A stretch of DNA of 64,000 nt from NCBI RefSeq assembly GCF_045539575.1, contig NZ_JAZQFM010000028.1:113687-177686 (forward strand), read 5' to 3'. This document shows, piece after piece, positions 30,209 to 39,688 of this stretch (positions within the stretch are counted from its first letter, which is position 1; every line of letters starts with the position of its first letter). The translations under genes and the position numbers were made by a program. The notes beneath the pieces are model-generated. The model saw nothing but the letters and a program-made list of their open reading frames with translations. It had not been told where the DNA came from and ran no database searches. Source of the stretch: Methanobrevibacter sp. (GTDB lineage: Archaea; Methanobacteriota; Methanobacteria; Methanobacteriales; Methanobacteriaceae).

Positions 30209-31423
30209 TTGAAAGATAGAGTAGTTATTAAACCTACTTCTCGTCAAGAAGGCCACGCGGAATTGGTCATGGAAGTTGATGATGAAGGTATTGTTACAAA
30301 AGGTATGTATTTTAGTATAACTCCTGTTAGGGGTTTAGAAAAGATGGTTCTTAACAAAGCTCCTGAAACAGCACCTGTTTTATGTCAAAGAATCTGTGGA
30401 GTATGTCCTATTCCACACACATTAGCTTCTGCAGAAGCAATGGATATGGCATTAGGAATCGAAATTCCTACAGCAGCAAAATTGTTAAGAAAAGCTATCG
30501 CAGCAGCACATGGTATTAACAGTGCAGCAATTCACCACTTTTTAGTTGCACCAGATATTGCTAAAGGCGATGATTTCGTTAAAGCAGTTGACAGTGTAAG
30601 TGAAATCAGAAAAACTGTACAATATGTTGTAGACATGTGTGCTGGAGAAGGTATCCACCCTGCTGATATTAGAGTAGGTGGTATGGCTAGAAACATCACT
30701 CCTTTCACTAAAGAAAGATTAATCGAAAGAATGACCGCACTTAAACCAAAACTTGATGCTCACGTCGAATTTATCAAAAATCTCGTTCTTGAAGCAGGTT
30801 TACCTGAAGACTTAGGTGTAGTTAACCAACCATTAATGGCTACTGACGCTACATATGGTACTAACGAATTTGATATGGACAAATTCTCCGAAGTTTTACC
30901 TGAAGCATGGTATGATGATCCAGAAATTGGAAAAGAAGCATGTTCCGTAATTCCATTATGGGAAGGTACTAACGTAGAAACTGGTCCTAGAGCAAGAATG
31001 GAAAAATTCCAAGGATTCAAAGGCAAAGGTGTAATCGCACAACACGTTGCTCGTGCTGATGAAATGCTCAAAAACTATGACGCATGTTTAGAAGCATTAG
31101 ATGCACTTGATACCGCAGCTCCTGCTAACGTAAGTTACGATAAAAGAGGAACTGGAGAACTTGGATTTGGTGTTATCGAAGGTCCTAGAGGAACTGATGT
31201 ACACATGGCACAAGTTAAAGATGGTAAAACCCAATTCTACTCTGCAATTGTACCAACTACTTGGAACATTCCAACTATGGGTCCTGCAACTGAAGGATTC
31301 CATCACGAGTTCGGTCCACATGTAATCAGAGCATACGACCCATGTTTATCATGTGCTACTCACGTAATGGTAGTTGACGATGAAGACAAATCCATTCTTA
31401 AAAATGAAATGGTGAGAATCTAA
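30209..31423 (+). CDS. frhA: Coenzyme F420-reducing [NiFe] hydrogenase alpha subunit
   Basis: [28 protein letters not shown], the [10 protein letters not shown] NiFe ligands, and the C-terminal DPCLSCATH plus a cleavable tail. The TTG at 30209 follows GAGGTGA. The ORF-track start at 30185 is rejected. Confidence 0.95.
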   Translation: MKDRVVIKPTSRQEGHAELVMEVDDEGIVTKGMYFSITPVRGLEKMVLNKAPETAPVLCQRICGVCPIPHTLASAEAMDMALGIEIPTAAKLLRKAIAAAHGINSAAIHHFLVAPDIAKGDDFVKAVDSVSEIRKTVQYVVDMCAGEGIHPADIRVGGMARNITPFTKERLIERMTALKPKLDAHVEFIKNLVLEAGLPEDLGVVNQPLMATDATYGTNEFDMDKFSEVLPEAWYDDPEIGKEACSVIPLWEGTNVETGPRARMEKFQGFKGKGVIAQHVARADEMLKNYDACLEALDALDTAAPANVSYDKRGTGELGFGVIEGPRGTDVHMAQVKDGKTQFYSAIVPTTWNIPTMGPATEGFHHEFGPHVIRAYDPCLSCATHVMVVDDEDKSILKNEMVRI

Positions 31424-31441
31424 GTAACTTGGAGGAATTTA

Positions 31442-32011
31442 ATGCCTTACGATTCGGATATTATTGTTATTGGTTGTGGAAATATATTATTTAAGGATGA
31501 TGGATACGGTCCGGTTCTTATAAACATATTACAAAAATATTTCAATGACACTAATGACTATTATGATCCAGCTGTTACTTCCTATGTTGAAGAAGAATTT
31601 AATAAAGATATCTTAGAGGAAATCAATAAGAAATTTAAAGATATTACTTTGCCTGAGGGTGTTCAATTTATTGACGGAGGTACTGCAGCTCCTACTAACT
31701 TTTTCCCATTGTACACTGAATATGATTGGAAAAAACTAGTTGTTTTAGATGTAGTTGAGTTTGATGCAGAACCTGGAACCGTAGGTATTTTTGATCCTAA
31801 TCAAATGCAAAAAGGAAAATATGACAACCCTCACGGAATGACAGTTGAAAACCCACTTCAAGAAATTTCTCAAAAATGTGAAGTTGTAATTGTTGGTTGC
31901 AAACCGGCTGAGATCCCAACTCCGGATGTTGATATGGGTTTATCTGAACCTGTAGAAAAGGCTATTCCTGAAGCTATAGATATTATTTTAAAAGAAATCG
32001 GGGTAAAATAA
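31442..32011 (+). CDS. frhD: F420-reducing hydrogenase maturation protease (delta)
   Basis: Motifs: [35 protein letters not shown]. Located between frhA and frhG. Confidence 0.9.
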   Translation: MPYDSDIIVIGCGNILFKDDGYGPVLINILQKYFNDTNDYYDPAVTSYVEEEFNKDILEEINKKFKDITLPEGVQFIDGGTAAPTNFFPLYTEYDWKKLVVLDVVEFDAEPGTVGIFDPNQMQKGKYDNPHGMTVENPLQEISQKCEVVIVGCKPAEIPTPDVDMGLSEPVEKAIPEAIDIILKEIGVK

Positions 32012-32832
32012 TGTTTGATAAATTGAAAAAAGCTTTTGGCGGTTCATCTGAACCAGAAGCACCAAAAGTAGAAGAAAAAGTTGAAGCTGCTCCTGTAGAA
32101 ACCAAAGCACCTGCAGAAGAACCTAAAGCTGCTTCAGCAAAACCACGTATTGGTTACATACACTTAAGTGGTTGTACTGGAGATGCAATGTCTTTAACCG
32201 AAAACTACGACATTTTATCTACTGTTTTAACTGACATGGTAGACATTGTATACGGACAAACTTTAGTTGATTTATGGGAAATGCCAGAAATGGACTTATG
32301 TTTAATTGAAGGATCTGTATGTTTACAAGATGAACACAGTGTACACGAACTCTTAGAAGCAAGAGAAAAATCTGGATTAATTGCTGCATTTGGTTCATGT
32401 GCTATTACCGGTTGTTTCACTACTTTCGCTCGTGGTGGTCAACAAGCACAACCTAAACACGAATCTTTCTTACCAATTAATTCATTAATTAAAGTAGATT
32501 TAGCACTTCCTGGTTGTCCTGTAGCTCCTGAAATGATTGCTAAAGCAGTTGTTGCTTTATGTGAAGGCGACTTAGACTACTTAAAACCAGCAATGGATTG
32601 GGCTGCATGTGATAAAGGATGTGGTTGTGACGTATTAACCAACATTATCCGCCAAGGATTATGTACTGGATGTGGAACTTGTGCTCTTGCATGTCCTACA
32701 AGAGCAATGGGCTTTTCAGAAGGTAGACCTAGCTGTGACAGAGACAGATGTATTAAATGTGGTTCTTGCTACATGATGTGTCCAAGATCTTGGTTACCTG
32801 AAAGCAGAATTAAAAAGGAAACTGGATTATAG
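32011..32832 (+). CDS. frhG: Coenzyme F420-reducing hydrogenase gamma (small) subunit
   Basis: [32 protein letters not shown], plus a C-terminal 2x[4Fe-4S] ferredoxin ([24 protein letters not shown]). About 45 aa of P/E/A/K-rich N-terminal extension. TAATG overlap with frhD. Confidence 0.95.
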   Translation: MFDKLKKAFGGSSEPEAPKVEEKVEAAPVETKAPAEEPKAASAKPRIGYIHLSGCTGDAMSLTENYDILSTVLTDMVDIVYGQTLVDLWEMPEMDLCLIEGSVCLQDEHSVHELLEAREKSGLIAAFGSCAITGCFTTFARGGQQAQPKHESFLPINSLIKVDLALPGCPVAPEMIAKAVVALCEGDLDYLKPAMDWAACDKGCGCDVLTNIIRQGLCTGCGTCALACPTRAMGFSEGRPSCDRDRCIKCGSCYMMCPRSWLPESRIKKETGL

Positions 32833-32843
32833 GAGGATTGGAT

Positions 32844-33695
32844 ATGCCATTAGGTACTTATAAAGAAGCATTATCTGCAAGATCTACTGATAAAAAAATC
32901 TTAGATGTATCACAAGACGGAGGAATCGTTTCAGCATTACTCTGTTACGCACTCGATGAAGGTATCATTGAAGGTGCAGTTGTAGCTGGAACTCCTGATG
33001 ACGATTGGAGACCAATTCCTACTGTTGTAACTTCCGCTGATGAAGTTATTGCAGCTGCAGGAACTAAATACTCAATGTCCCCAACCTTATCCGCTTTAAA
33101 AGAAGCAACCCGTCAATACGGATTAGAAAAACTCGGTGTTGTAGCAACTCCATGTCAAACCCAAGGTTTAAGAAAAGCACAAGCTTATCCATTCACTAGA
33201 TTTGTCGTCGACAAAATCAAATTAATCGTCGGTATCTACTGTATGGAAAACTTCCCTATGGCTTCTCTTGATACCTTTGCTACCGCAAAATTAGGATTTG
33301 ACAGCTTACAAGAAGCTACTAAAATGGACATCGGTAAAGGTAAATTCTGGTTAACCAAAGATGGTGAAGACAGTGGTTTAGCTATCAAAGAAACCCACGG
33401 TTACGAACAAGCTGGATGTAACATCTGTCAAGATTACGTAGCTGAATGGGCTGATGTATCAACCGGTTCTGTAGGATCTCCTGACGGATGGTCTACTGTT
33501 TTAACCAGAACTGATGCTGGTGACTCTGTATTTAAAGCTGCTGTTGACGCTGGTTTAATCGAAACCAAACCAATGGACGATGTAAAACCTGGTCTTCCTT
33601 TACTTGAAAAATTAGCTAAAGGTAAAAAAGACAAAAACACTGCAGAACGTGAAAGAAGAGCTAAAATGGGAGTTAAAATCCCTGCTATATACTAA
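32844..33695 (+). CDS. frhB: Coenzyme F420-reducing hydrogenase beta subunit
   Basis: [49 protein letters not shown]...PCQTQGLRK...GIYCMENF. Confidence 0.95.
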   Translation: MPLGTYKEALSARSTDKKILDVSQDGGIVSALLCYALDEGIIEGAVVAGTPDDDWRPIPTVVTSADEVIAAAGTKYSMSPTLSALKEATRQYGLEKLGVVATPCQTQGLRKAQAYPFTRFVVDKIKLIVGIYCMENFPMASLDTFATAKLGFDSLQEATKMDIGKGKFWLTKDGEDSGLAIKETHGYEQAGCNICQDYVAEWADVSTGSVGSPDGWSTVLTRTDAGDSVFKAAVDAGLIETKPMDDVKPGLPLLEKLAKGKKDKNTAERERRAKMGVKIPAIY

Positions 33696-33765
33696 TCTTC
33701 TTTCTTTTTTTTCTTTTTTTGAAATTAATTTAAAAATAGTAAATTGAAGAGAAAAGTGTCTCTTC
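33696..33765. terminator. Convergent-gene terminator region (frhB / map)
   Basis: T-runs lie immediately after frhB (CTTTTTTTTTCTTTTTTT). The hairpin GAAGAGA-N6-TCTCTTC at 33746-33765 abuts the map stop codon. Confidence 0.35.
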
Positions 33766-34682
33766 TAAATTGTTGTAACTGTACAACCTTCTTTTTCAAT
33801 AATTACTGTATGCTCTTTTTGACTTACGAAGCAGTCCTTTTTCTCACGAAGCGGAGCGTATGGATAAATCGCCATTGCCTCTGATAACTGTTTAAGAGCA
33901 ATAGCTCCTTTTCTTTCTCCAAACTCATCAGTGATCCATCTTCCTGAAAACGGAACATATCTGTGGTTGTGCTGAATATGTTTCAATACTCTTTGTGTGC
34001 TTTTCATTCTGAATGGCTTGTTTGCCATATATGAAAAAATATAGTGTCCCGGAGCGTCATTGACAATACCCTCTCCGTTGGTTGCAAAAGGTTCTATGGC
34101 TATTGCCTGGCCTTCCTCTAAAACGTATCCATCATTATTGTCATAATTTGGAATTGAAATTCCTGCATGCAGGTTATTCTGTTCCAGGCTGTGTCCTGTA
34201 AGGTTGAATATTGGATTTAGGCCATATTCTGATATTGCTTCGTGAACTGCAGCACCGATTTTTGACACTTCAATTCCGGCTCTTGCGGTTGCAATTGCCG
34301 CTTCAAGACCTGCAGCTGATGCTTCAATTATTTCTTCATGCAGGTTAATTTCATCCTGAGTGTAGTTTTCATCAATATTTCCGCTTGCGGTAACGGTTAT
34401 TGCAGTATCTGCAATATAACCGTCAATCATTGCACCTAAATCTAATTTCACCATGTCTCCTGCTTTGAATCTTGTTTCATCTCCGGCAGGTGAAGTATAA
34501 TGTGCTGCAATTTCATTGATTGACACGTTACATGGGAATGCAATTTCAGCACCATTTTTTAAAATTTCACTTTCAACATAATTTACTAAATCTAAAACCA
34601 AAGCCCCGTCGGTTATCATCTTGGAAGCTTCGCCACGAATTTTAGAAGCCAGTTTTCCGGCTTGTATATAAGATTCCATCAT
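33765..34682 (-). CDS. map: Type II methionine aminopeptidase
   Basis: 305 aa. Has IAFPCNVSINEIAAHY, DLGAMIDGYIADTA, TGHSL and the IEPFAT metal-ligand pattern of archaeal MetAP2. Confidence 0.9.
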   Translation of the reverse strand: MMESYIQAGKLASKIRGEASKMITDGALVLDLVNYVESEILKNGAEIAFPCNVSINEIAAHYTSPAGDETRFKAGDMVKLDLGAMIDGYIADTAITVTASGNIDENYTQDEINLHEEIIEASAAGLEAAIATARAGIEVSKIGAAVHEAISEYGLNPIFNLTGHSLEQNNLHAGISIPNYDNNDGYVLEEGQAIAIEPFATNGEGIVNDAPGHYIFSYMANKPFRMKSTQRVLKHIQHNHRYVPFSGRWITDEFGERKGAIALKQLSEAMAIYPYAPLREKKDCFVSQKEHTVIIEKEGCTVTTI

Positions 34683-34782
34683 AAATTTTTACCTTCTTGG
34701 TTAAATAATTAATTATATAATTGATAAAGTTTATATAATATTTTATTGTTAAACAAGTTTATATAAAGTTGGAGGTTATTAT

Positions 34783-35190
34783 ATGGATGTTCCTACAATA
34801 CCTGACCAAATGTTTTTATTAATCATATTGGTTATTGTTGCGATTGTATTAATTATCATTGTTTTCCAATGGAGAAAAGTTGCACAATCTAGAAATTCAA
34901 TTTTAATGCTTGAAAAAGAAATTGAACTTAAAAAAATGTCCATGGTGGAAAAAGACATTGAATCCAAAAGATTAATGGATAATCCAATTCCATTACCACA
35001 AGAGCAACAGGACAGTCTTTCAGCTATCAGACAATCTACAACAGAAGTGAGAAGTAACGTCGGATACTTGCATTCTGAAATCAACGAAAGGTTAGCCAGA
35101 CTTGAAGCTGAAACTGAACAAAGAAAATTAGAAAAAATGCTTAAAGAAATTGAAGCAAAAGAGAAAAAACTCAAAAAAATGAATAAATAG
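34783..35190 (+). CDS. N-terminally anchored coiled-coil protein, unknown function
   Basis: One TM helix (MFLLIILVIVAIVLIIIVF) followed by a K/E-rich heptad-like sequence. GGAGGT lies 6 nt upstream of the ATG. The antisense ORF at 34779-35174 is a shadow. Confidence 0.55.
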   Translation: MDVPTIPDQMFLLIILVIVAIVLIIIVFQWRKVAQSRNSILMLEKEIELKKMSMVEKDIESKRLMDNPIPLPQEQQDSLSAIRQSTTEVRSNVGYLHSEINERLARLEAETEQRKLEKMLKEIEAKEKKLKKMNK

Positions 35191-35198
35191 GTGGTAAT

Positions 35199-35726
35199 AT
35201 GGATGCTATGGAGGCAGTTGCAGTAATTATCTTAATTGTCGCAATTGTGATTTTAGTTTATTATTATTTATTGAACAGTCCAGGTACTATGGACAAGTTA
35301 CGTAGTTATGTACCAACCAGTGCTGATGCTCATATGAATGAAATTTTAGGCGGGTCCGGAGACAAAAACGGCTATGATTTGACCAAGGATGAAAAACCTA
35401 AAAAAGATGATTCCGAATCCATGAGTAAAAGAATCAAAATCAAATTAAGCGATATTGACATGTCTTCACTCAACAATGATGCATTTTCCAATAAGCTTGA
35501 TGCTTTCTTTGATGCAAAAAGCGATCAGCTAATTAAAGATTGGTCATTAGCTACCACAAATGATTTGAAAGAACTTGAATCCAAATTCAGCGAAACTACT
35601 GCTAATGTGGATGAATTGGATAAAAGTTTTAAAGAATTTAAAAAATCATCTGAGGAATTCCAAAAGGTTACTGAGGACAGACTTGGTGATTTGGATAAAA
35701 GAATTGAGTCATTAGAAAATAAATAA
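35199..35726 (+). CDS. N-terminally anchored coiled-coil protein, unknown function
   Basis: One TM helix (AVAVIILIVAIVILVYYYLL), a charged linker, then a helical C-terminus (LKELESKFSETTANVDELDKSFKEFKKSSEEFQKVTEDRLGDLDKRIESLE). Confidence 0.55.
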   Translation: MDAMEAVAVIILIVAIVILVYYYLLNSPGTMDKLRSYVPTSADAHMNEILGGSGDKNGYDLTKDEKPKKDDSESMSKRIKIKLSDIDMSSLNNDAFSNKLDAFFDAKSDQLIKDWSLATTNDLKELESKFSETTANVDELDKSFKEFKKSSEEFQKVTEDRLGDLDKRIESLENK

Positions 35727-35819
35727 CTTATTTTCTTTGATTTTTCTTTATTTTATAGAAAGGTTTATATATAATACAAACAATATATAATAAATAGTTG
35801 TATACTATTTTTATTATAT

Positions 35820-35894
35820 AGCAGGGTGGGGTAGTCTGGTGATCCCGCAGGGCTCATAACCCTGAGATCCCTAGTTCAAATCTAGGCCCTGCTA
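35820..35894 (+). tRNA. Initiator tRNA-Met (anticodon CAT)
   Basis: AGCAGGG...CCCTGCT acceptor with an A1:U72 pair. Anticodon stem CAGGG/CCCTG (three G:C pairs next to the loop), loop CTCATAA, T-loop TTCAAAT. These are archaeal initiator hallmarks. Confidence 0.88.
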
Positions 35895-35911
35895 CTTCTA
35901 TATTAATATTT

Positions 35912-36208
35912 TTCATGGCAAGTTGAAGATAGCTGCTGGTTTTTTTTTAAACTAAGGAAACTCCGCCCATCAGTACAGAACTATGGCGTTGAAAGACGTA
36001 TGCTGAGAGGCATGACTCTGGAGCAGAAACGACACGGCTTTTAATGGTAGACGATGATATTTAATTGAGGACATTAAAAGAAACGGTGAAACGGCCATTC
36101 CATAGGATGCAAGAGCAAAGATGCCGATGACAACCTGTATGAGGCAAGGTAGCTCGCTAAGATGAATGCTATTAAACAGAAGGTGGGTTACTCTTAACAG
36201 GCCATGAA
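35912..36208 (+). ncRNA. rnpB: RNase P RNA (archaeal type A-like)
   Basis: CR-I-like GGAAACUCCGCCC (35956-35968), and CR-IV/CR-V-like CUAAGAUGAAUGCU...AAACAGAAGGUGGGUUAC (36158-36192). Terminal P1 pairing is TTCATGGC (35912-19) with GCCATGAA (36201-08). The segment is GC-enriched compared with its surroundings. Confidence 0.8.
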
Positions 36209-36467
36209 TATTAATTATTTTCTTTTTTTCCATCTACATCACGGATTATATTTATCTAATTCTTCATATGTTAATGCAATTTAATTAAAAAATTGATTGA
36301 TTAAATTGAATTGTTTTTAGTTTTGATATAGAATTATTTTTTGTAATTTTAATTTAAGCTAAGTGTTTTTGTAGGTATTTTTTTAGTCGGAATCATATTT
36401 CATTTCAAAAAATTTATATGTCTCTAGTTTTAATATCAAAATCATATTTAGTTATGGAGGACGGACT

Positions 36468-36974
36468 ATGGTAAAAAGAAAATTTTTGACATTGTTGGCA
36501 ATTAGTCTGGTGATAATTGCAGCTAGCACTGCAGTATATGCACAATCTGATAATATCAAATCACATGAGTATAATTTTCTAAACAAGGCTGTTTTCAATA
36601 TCAGTGATGATTTAACTAACGAAACTAGCCTTTCTCAGGCTGATAGTTTGGAGGTTGGAACTTATTATACTTATCCTGATGGAAAAGTTATTTGTTCATT
36701 ATGGTTTGTAGGTGAAGACGGAATCACGGATTTTGAAGGCCATCAGCATGATTCATCCTATGAAAAAATTGAAGGCAATAAAACACCTCAGGGTTATAAA
36801 GCATATATTTTTAAGGGTTCTGATGAATATGACGTTTTCATTGATTTAAATAATCTAACTGTTGATGACGGAGGTAGTGAAATGCAGTATTGCTATTTCA
36901 GAGGAACTTTTGAAACATTTGATGAGTCCCAGATATTCATCGACACATTCAAAATTAATGAAACCTTAATTTAA
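36468..36974 (+). CDS. Small secreted protein, unknown function
   Basis: Signal peptide MVKRKFLTLLAISLVIIAASTAVYA|QSD. 168 aa. GGAGGA lies 6 nt upstream of the ATG. Confidence 0.55.
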   Translation: MVKRKFLTLLAISLVIIAASTAVYAQSDNIKSHEYNFLNKAVFNISDDLTNETSLSQADSLEVGTYYTYPDGKVICSLWFVGEDGITDFEGHQHDSSYEKIEGNKTPQGYKAYIFKGSDEYDVFIDLNNLTVDDGGSEMQYCYFRGTFETFDESQIFIDTFKINETLI

Positions 36975-37204
36975 CTATTTTTTTTCTATTGGCAGTATCG
37001 TGACGGCAAACGGTTGAAAATAGTGAGAGTGCAGTGCCTTTCAATTACAACAATCTTCCGTTGTCGTTCCAGTCACTATAGAGCTTGTTTTCATTTGATT
37101 TTTAAAATAAACATCAATATGTCCATGATTATCTTTTTCATTCAATTATTAGTATCTTAATTCTTTTAGCCAGTCTTTGGTTTTTTGTTTTCCCTCATCG
37201 CTTC

Positions 37205-37585
37205 TTGCTATTTTGCCGTCAAGTAGAATTGGAACTTGAAAAGGAATTCAAGATATTGAAACCCGGCGGAACATTAGTCTCTCTTAAAGGCCTTCCAAAT
37301 CAGGAATTTGCAAAAAGAATGGGATTGTCAGCAGTTAAAAAATTATTATTTAAGTTTGCAGGACTAAAATTTGATAAAATGGCCGGTAAAAAGAATCAGA
37401 AATATTATTTCCTTTTCGTTGAATCAAATGGAAAACAGCTGGATGAGGTTTCAAGGATTTTTGATGAGAAAAACATTAAACCGTCTGTAGATGCCGTATT
37501 TGATTTAAATGAAGTTAATGAAGCTTTGGATAAGGTTGATAAAGGTGGGTCTAAAGGTAAAACTTTAATTAAAATTGGAGAATAA
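37205..37585 (+). pseudogene. 3' remnant of a zinc-type alcohol dehydrogenase / NADPH:quinone reductase (MDR) gene
   Basis: Only the C-terminal part (about 115 aa) is present (ILKPGGTLVSLKG...FVESNGKQLDEVSRIFDEKNIKPSVDAVFDLNEVNEALDKVDKGGSKGKTLIKI). The GroES-like and Rossmann N-terminal two-thirds are absent. The upstream in-frame sequence is non-homologous. Confidence 0.6.
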
Positions 37586-38575
37586 TTATTTTCTGTGGTT
37601 TTCATATGATGTTAGATATTCATCCAGCAAGTCATACAGTTCCTCTTTTGTATTCATTTTGAAAAGACGAGGCTTGATTTCATAGCTTCCGGGAAGGTTT
37701 TTCATATAATATGCGGCATGGCTTCTCATTTCGGGAATGGCTATTTCTTCACCTTTCAATTCAACAAGCAAATCGGCATGCCTTTTTGCCATGGCTATTT
37801 TTTCATGTGCACCGATTCTTTCAGGCTCAATTCCATTGTCGATGTAGTCGATGCATTGCTTTACAAGCCATGGATTTCCTCTGATTGCCCTTCCAATCAT
37901 AATTGCATCGCAGCCTGTCTCGTCAAGCATTCTTTTGGCATCATAGCATGTCCAGATGTCTCCATTTCCGATGACAGGTATTGAAAGTTCATCCTTAATC
38001 TGCTTAATCAATGACCAGTCTGCAGGCACGTCATACCTGTCTTCTTTGGTTCTTGGGTGGACTGCAATGGCAGCGGCACCGGCATCTTCAACAATTTTTG
38101 CAATTTCAAGTGCATTGATGCTGTTTCTGTCCCAACCGCTTCTGATTTTAACGGTAACTGGTATGGGCACAGTATCAACAACGGTTTCAATTATCTTTCG
38201 AGCTTTTTCGGGATCTTTTAGGAGTGCACTTCCCGCACCACTTTTAATGGCAACCTTTCTAACGGGACAGCCCATATTGATGTCAATGATGTCAGGTTTC
38301 ATGTATTCATAAACGAATTTTGAAGCTATTTTGAATGATTCCGCTTCCGCTCCAAAAATCTGCTGGGAAATCGGACGTTCCTCTTCGCTCATGTAAAGCA
38401 TTTCCTTGGTTTTGCGGTCATGATACATTACAGCTTTATCTGAAACCATTTCGGTTTCAATAAGTCCGCAGCCCATTGATTTTACAATTCTTCTGAATGC
38501 GGAATCACATATTCCAGCCATAGGTGCCAGAACGACCTGATTGTCTATTTTAACATTGCCGATTTTCCATTTCAT
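37586..38575 (-). CDS. dus: tRNA-dihydrouridine synthase
   Basis: VVLAPMAGICDSAFRRI, DINMGCP, the VTVKIRSGWD motifs, and GNGDI. 329 aa. Confidence 0.9.
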   Translation of the reverse strand: MKWKIGNVKIDNQVVLAPMAGICDSAFRRIVKSMGCGLIETEMVSDKAVMYHDRKTKEMLYMSEEERPISQQIFGAEAESFKIASKFVYEYMKPDIIDINMGCPVRKVAIKSGAGSALLKDPEKARKIIETVVDTVPIPVTVKIRSGWDRNSINALEIAKIVEDAGAAAIAVHPRTKEDRYDVPADWSLIKQIKDELSIPVIGNGDIWTCYDAKRMLDETGCDAIMIGRAIRGNPWLVKQCIDYIDNGIEPERIGAHEKIAMAKRHADLLVELKGEEIAIPEMRSHAAYYMKNLPGSYEIKPRLFKMNTKEELYDLLDEYLTSYENHRK

Positions 38576-38677
38576 TAAAAAAACTCTTCACTAGTTTGTT
38601 AATATAATTTTAGAAAAATAGATTAATTAATTTTTTGCAAAATAAGTTGTTTTAAAAAAAGAAATAATAAGGACTAT

Positions 38678-39526
38678 TTAACCAAATAGTCCGTCAAATA
38701 ATCCTTTTGAAGTATCAGTGCCATTTGTATTGTTTAAAACATCTGATATCTGTGATTCATAATTGTTTATGTCTCCTTGCACATTTTGAACTTGTTCAAT
38801 TGCTGTTGCAAGGTTTTCAACATCACTGTTTGTAATGTTAATGTTATTCACGATAGTGTAATTGTTTATTACGTTCACGATAGTTTGGTGATCAGTAATA
38901 TTTTCCTCTTTAACTGTTTCCTTTACATCATCGACTAGTTTTGATACTTCTTCGGAAGTCACATTTGAATTTTCAACAACTTCTGCCTGTGTATAGATTT
39001 CGTTGTTAGCTGCTTCTTTTACAGTGTCCGGAATCTCAACACTTGTTGCCACTTCATATGAATTCATAATTCCTGCGAGTGCAGATTCACCGGTTGCGGT
39101 TACAGGACTTGTCACATAAACATGTCCGCTTGTAATTCCAGCGGATTTCAATGCAGATAGATACATGTCTCCTGTAATTGTAGTGATTTTTGATTTATCT
39201 ACACTTACTTGAAGTTTAGCATTATCGTTCAAGTCAACTAATGCGGATGAGAATATTTGATTGGATCCGTAAGTTTTACCAGTGATTGAACTTGAAATTT
39301 TATTCACTTCGCTGGCAGAGATAATTTTTGTATTTGCACTTGCCAAATCAACATTTGCCTGATTTTTGAAAAATGCATCAACAGTATTTTTATAGTCTGC
39401 GTTTGCATTTGTGGTCTCACCGTAGGTTATTACTACAGGGTCTATTTGGCCTGAAAATCCGATAGGGATAATCATTCCAACTAATATTATAGATAAAATA
39501 ACAATACCTATTGTACTCTTGCGCAT
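38678..39526 (-). CDS. Exported DUF1002-like protein
   Basis: N-terminal signal/anchor (IGIVILSIILVGMIIPIGF), then ITYGETTNANADYKNTVDAFF..., SALKSAGI..., and GESALAGI, as I recall for the Firmicutes-type DUF1002 family. Confidence 0.6.
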   Translation of the reverse strand: MRKSTIGIVILSIILVGMIIPIGFSGQIDPVVITYGETTNANADYKNTVDAFFKNQANVDLASANTKIISASEVNKISSSITGKTYGSNQIFSSALVDLNDNAKLQVSVDKSKITTITGDMYLSALKSAGITSGHVYVTSPVTATGESALAGIMNSYEVATSVEIPDTVKEAANNEIYTQAEVVENSNVTSEEVSKLVDDVKETVKEENITDHQTIVNVINNYTIVNNINITNSDVENLATAIEQVQNVQGDINNYESQISDVLNNTNGTDTSKGLFDGLFG

Positions 39527-39688
39527 ATTATCACCTCTTCATAATAGCAAATCTTAATTGTACCTTTTAGTATTTAAATGTATATTATTTGTTATTAGAA
39601 TTTTTTTAATACTCCTAAATTTAACATAAATTCAGCAACTTTTATATGTTTTCAAATCAAATTTAAACTTATAGTAATTCTATTACTA

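Noticed and set aside
31370-31423. Possible selenocysteine or recoding in FrhA (as in some Methanococcales Fru hydrogenases)
   Set aside because: The C-terminal Ni ligands are ordinary Cys codons (DPCLSCATH), and there is no in-frame TGA.
35970-36233. 87-aa minus-strand ORF
   Set aside because: It lies entirely inside the plus-strand RNase P RNA. There is no SD, and the sequence is explained by conserved ribozyme motifs.
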